Source: Candidatus Nanohaloarchaea archaeon (GTDB lineage Archaea; Nanohalarchaeota; Nanosalinia; Nanosalinales; Nanosalinaceae). From it: 14,510 bases of DNA. The position numbers and the translations under genes are program-made. Shown here in pieces: positions 14,509-14,510 of the stretch (positions are counted from its first letter, which is position 1; each line of letters opens with the position of its first letter). The stretch lies in assembly GCA_042218325.1 (NCBI GenBank), contig JBDGRE010000017.1:1-14510 (forward strand). Direction: 5' to 3'. The notes under the pieces are model-generated. The model was not told the DNA's origin, did no database searches, and saw only the letters and a list, made by a program, of their open reading frames with translations.

Positions 14509-14510
14509 GA
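14497..14510 (-). tRNA. Probable 3' end of a tRNA gene truncated by the window edge (isotype not assignable)
   Basis: Minus strand T-CCCGG-GTGGACC-A fits last T-loop base + 5-nt T-stem strand + 7-nt acceptor strand + discriminator; the second repeat copy is preceded by T-loop-like TTCGAT(T). Only 14 nt visible. Confidence 0.5.

Noticed and set aside
1-14510. Integrase, transposase or IS element
   Set aside because: No ORF with tyrosine/serine recombinase or DDE motifs and no terminal inverted repeats recognised.

Overview
Window from a halophilic (very acidic proteome) prokaryote, most likely an archaeon; Nanohaloarchaeota/DPANN-like is an inference from gene content and leaderless-style promoters. 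It has two compositional blocks. The left block (1-4892, + strand, lower GC) is one tightly packed operon: two small membrane proteins, a DUF4258-like/DUF2283 toxin-antitoxin-type pair, a Type I restriction subunit HsdR and a YgjP/M48-like (DUF45) HEXXH protein; hsdM and hsdS are not in the window. The right block (4903-14313, mostly higher GC) holds a coupled AddB-like/AddA-like helicase-nuclease pair whose AddB-like subunit lacks the Fe-S cysteines, an SDR oxidoreductase, a hypothetical gene with an apparent 1-bp frameshift, a solo Cas4/AddB-like PD-(D/E)xK nuclease with a 2+2 Cys pattern, a stand-alone SWIM protein and several ORFans. The window ends in three copies of a 12-bp sequence that reads as a tRNA 3' end on the minus strand, suggesting a tRNA integration hotspot with att scars. 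Overall it looks like a tRNA-anchored defence/DNA-processing island. All family assignments are from motif recognition, not database searches.
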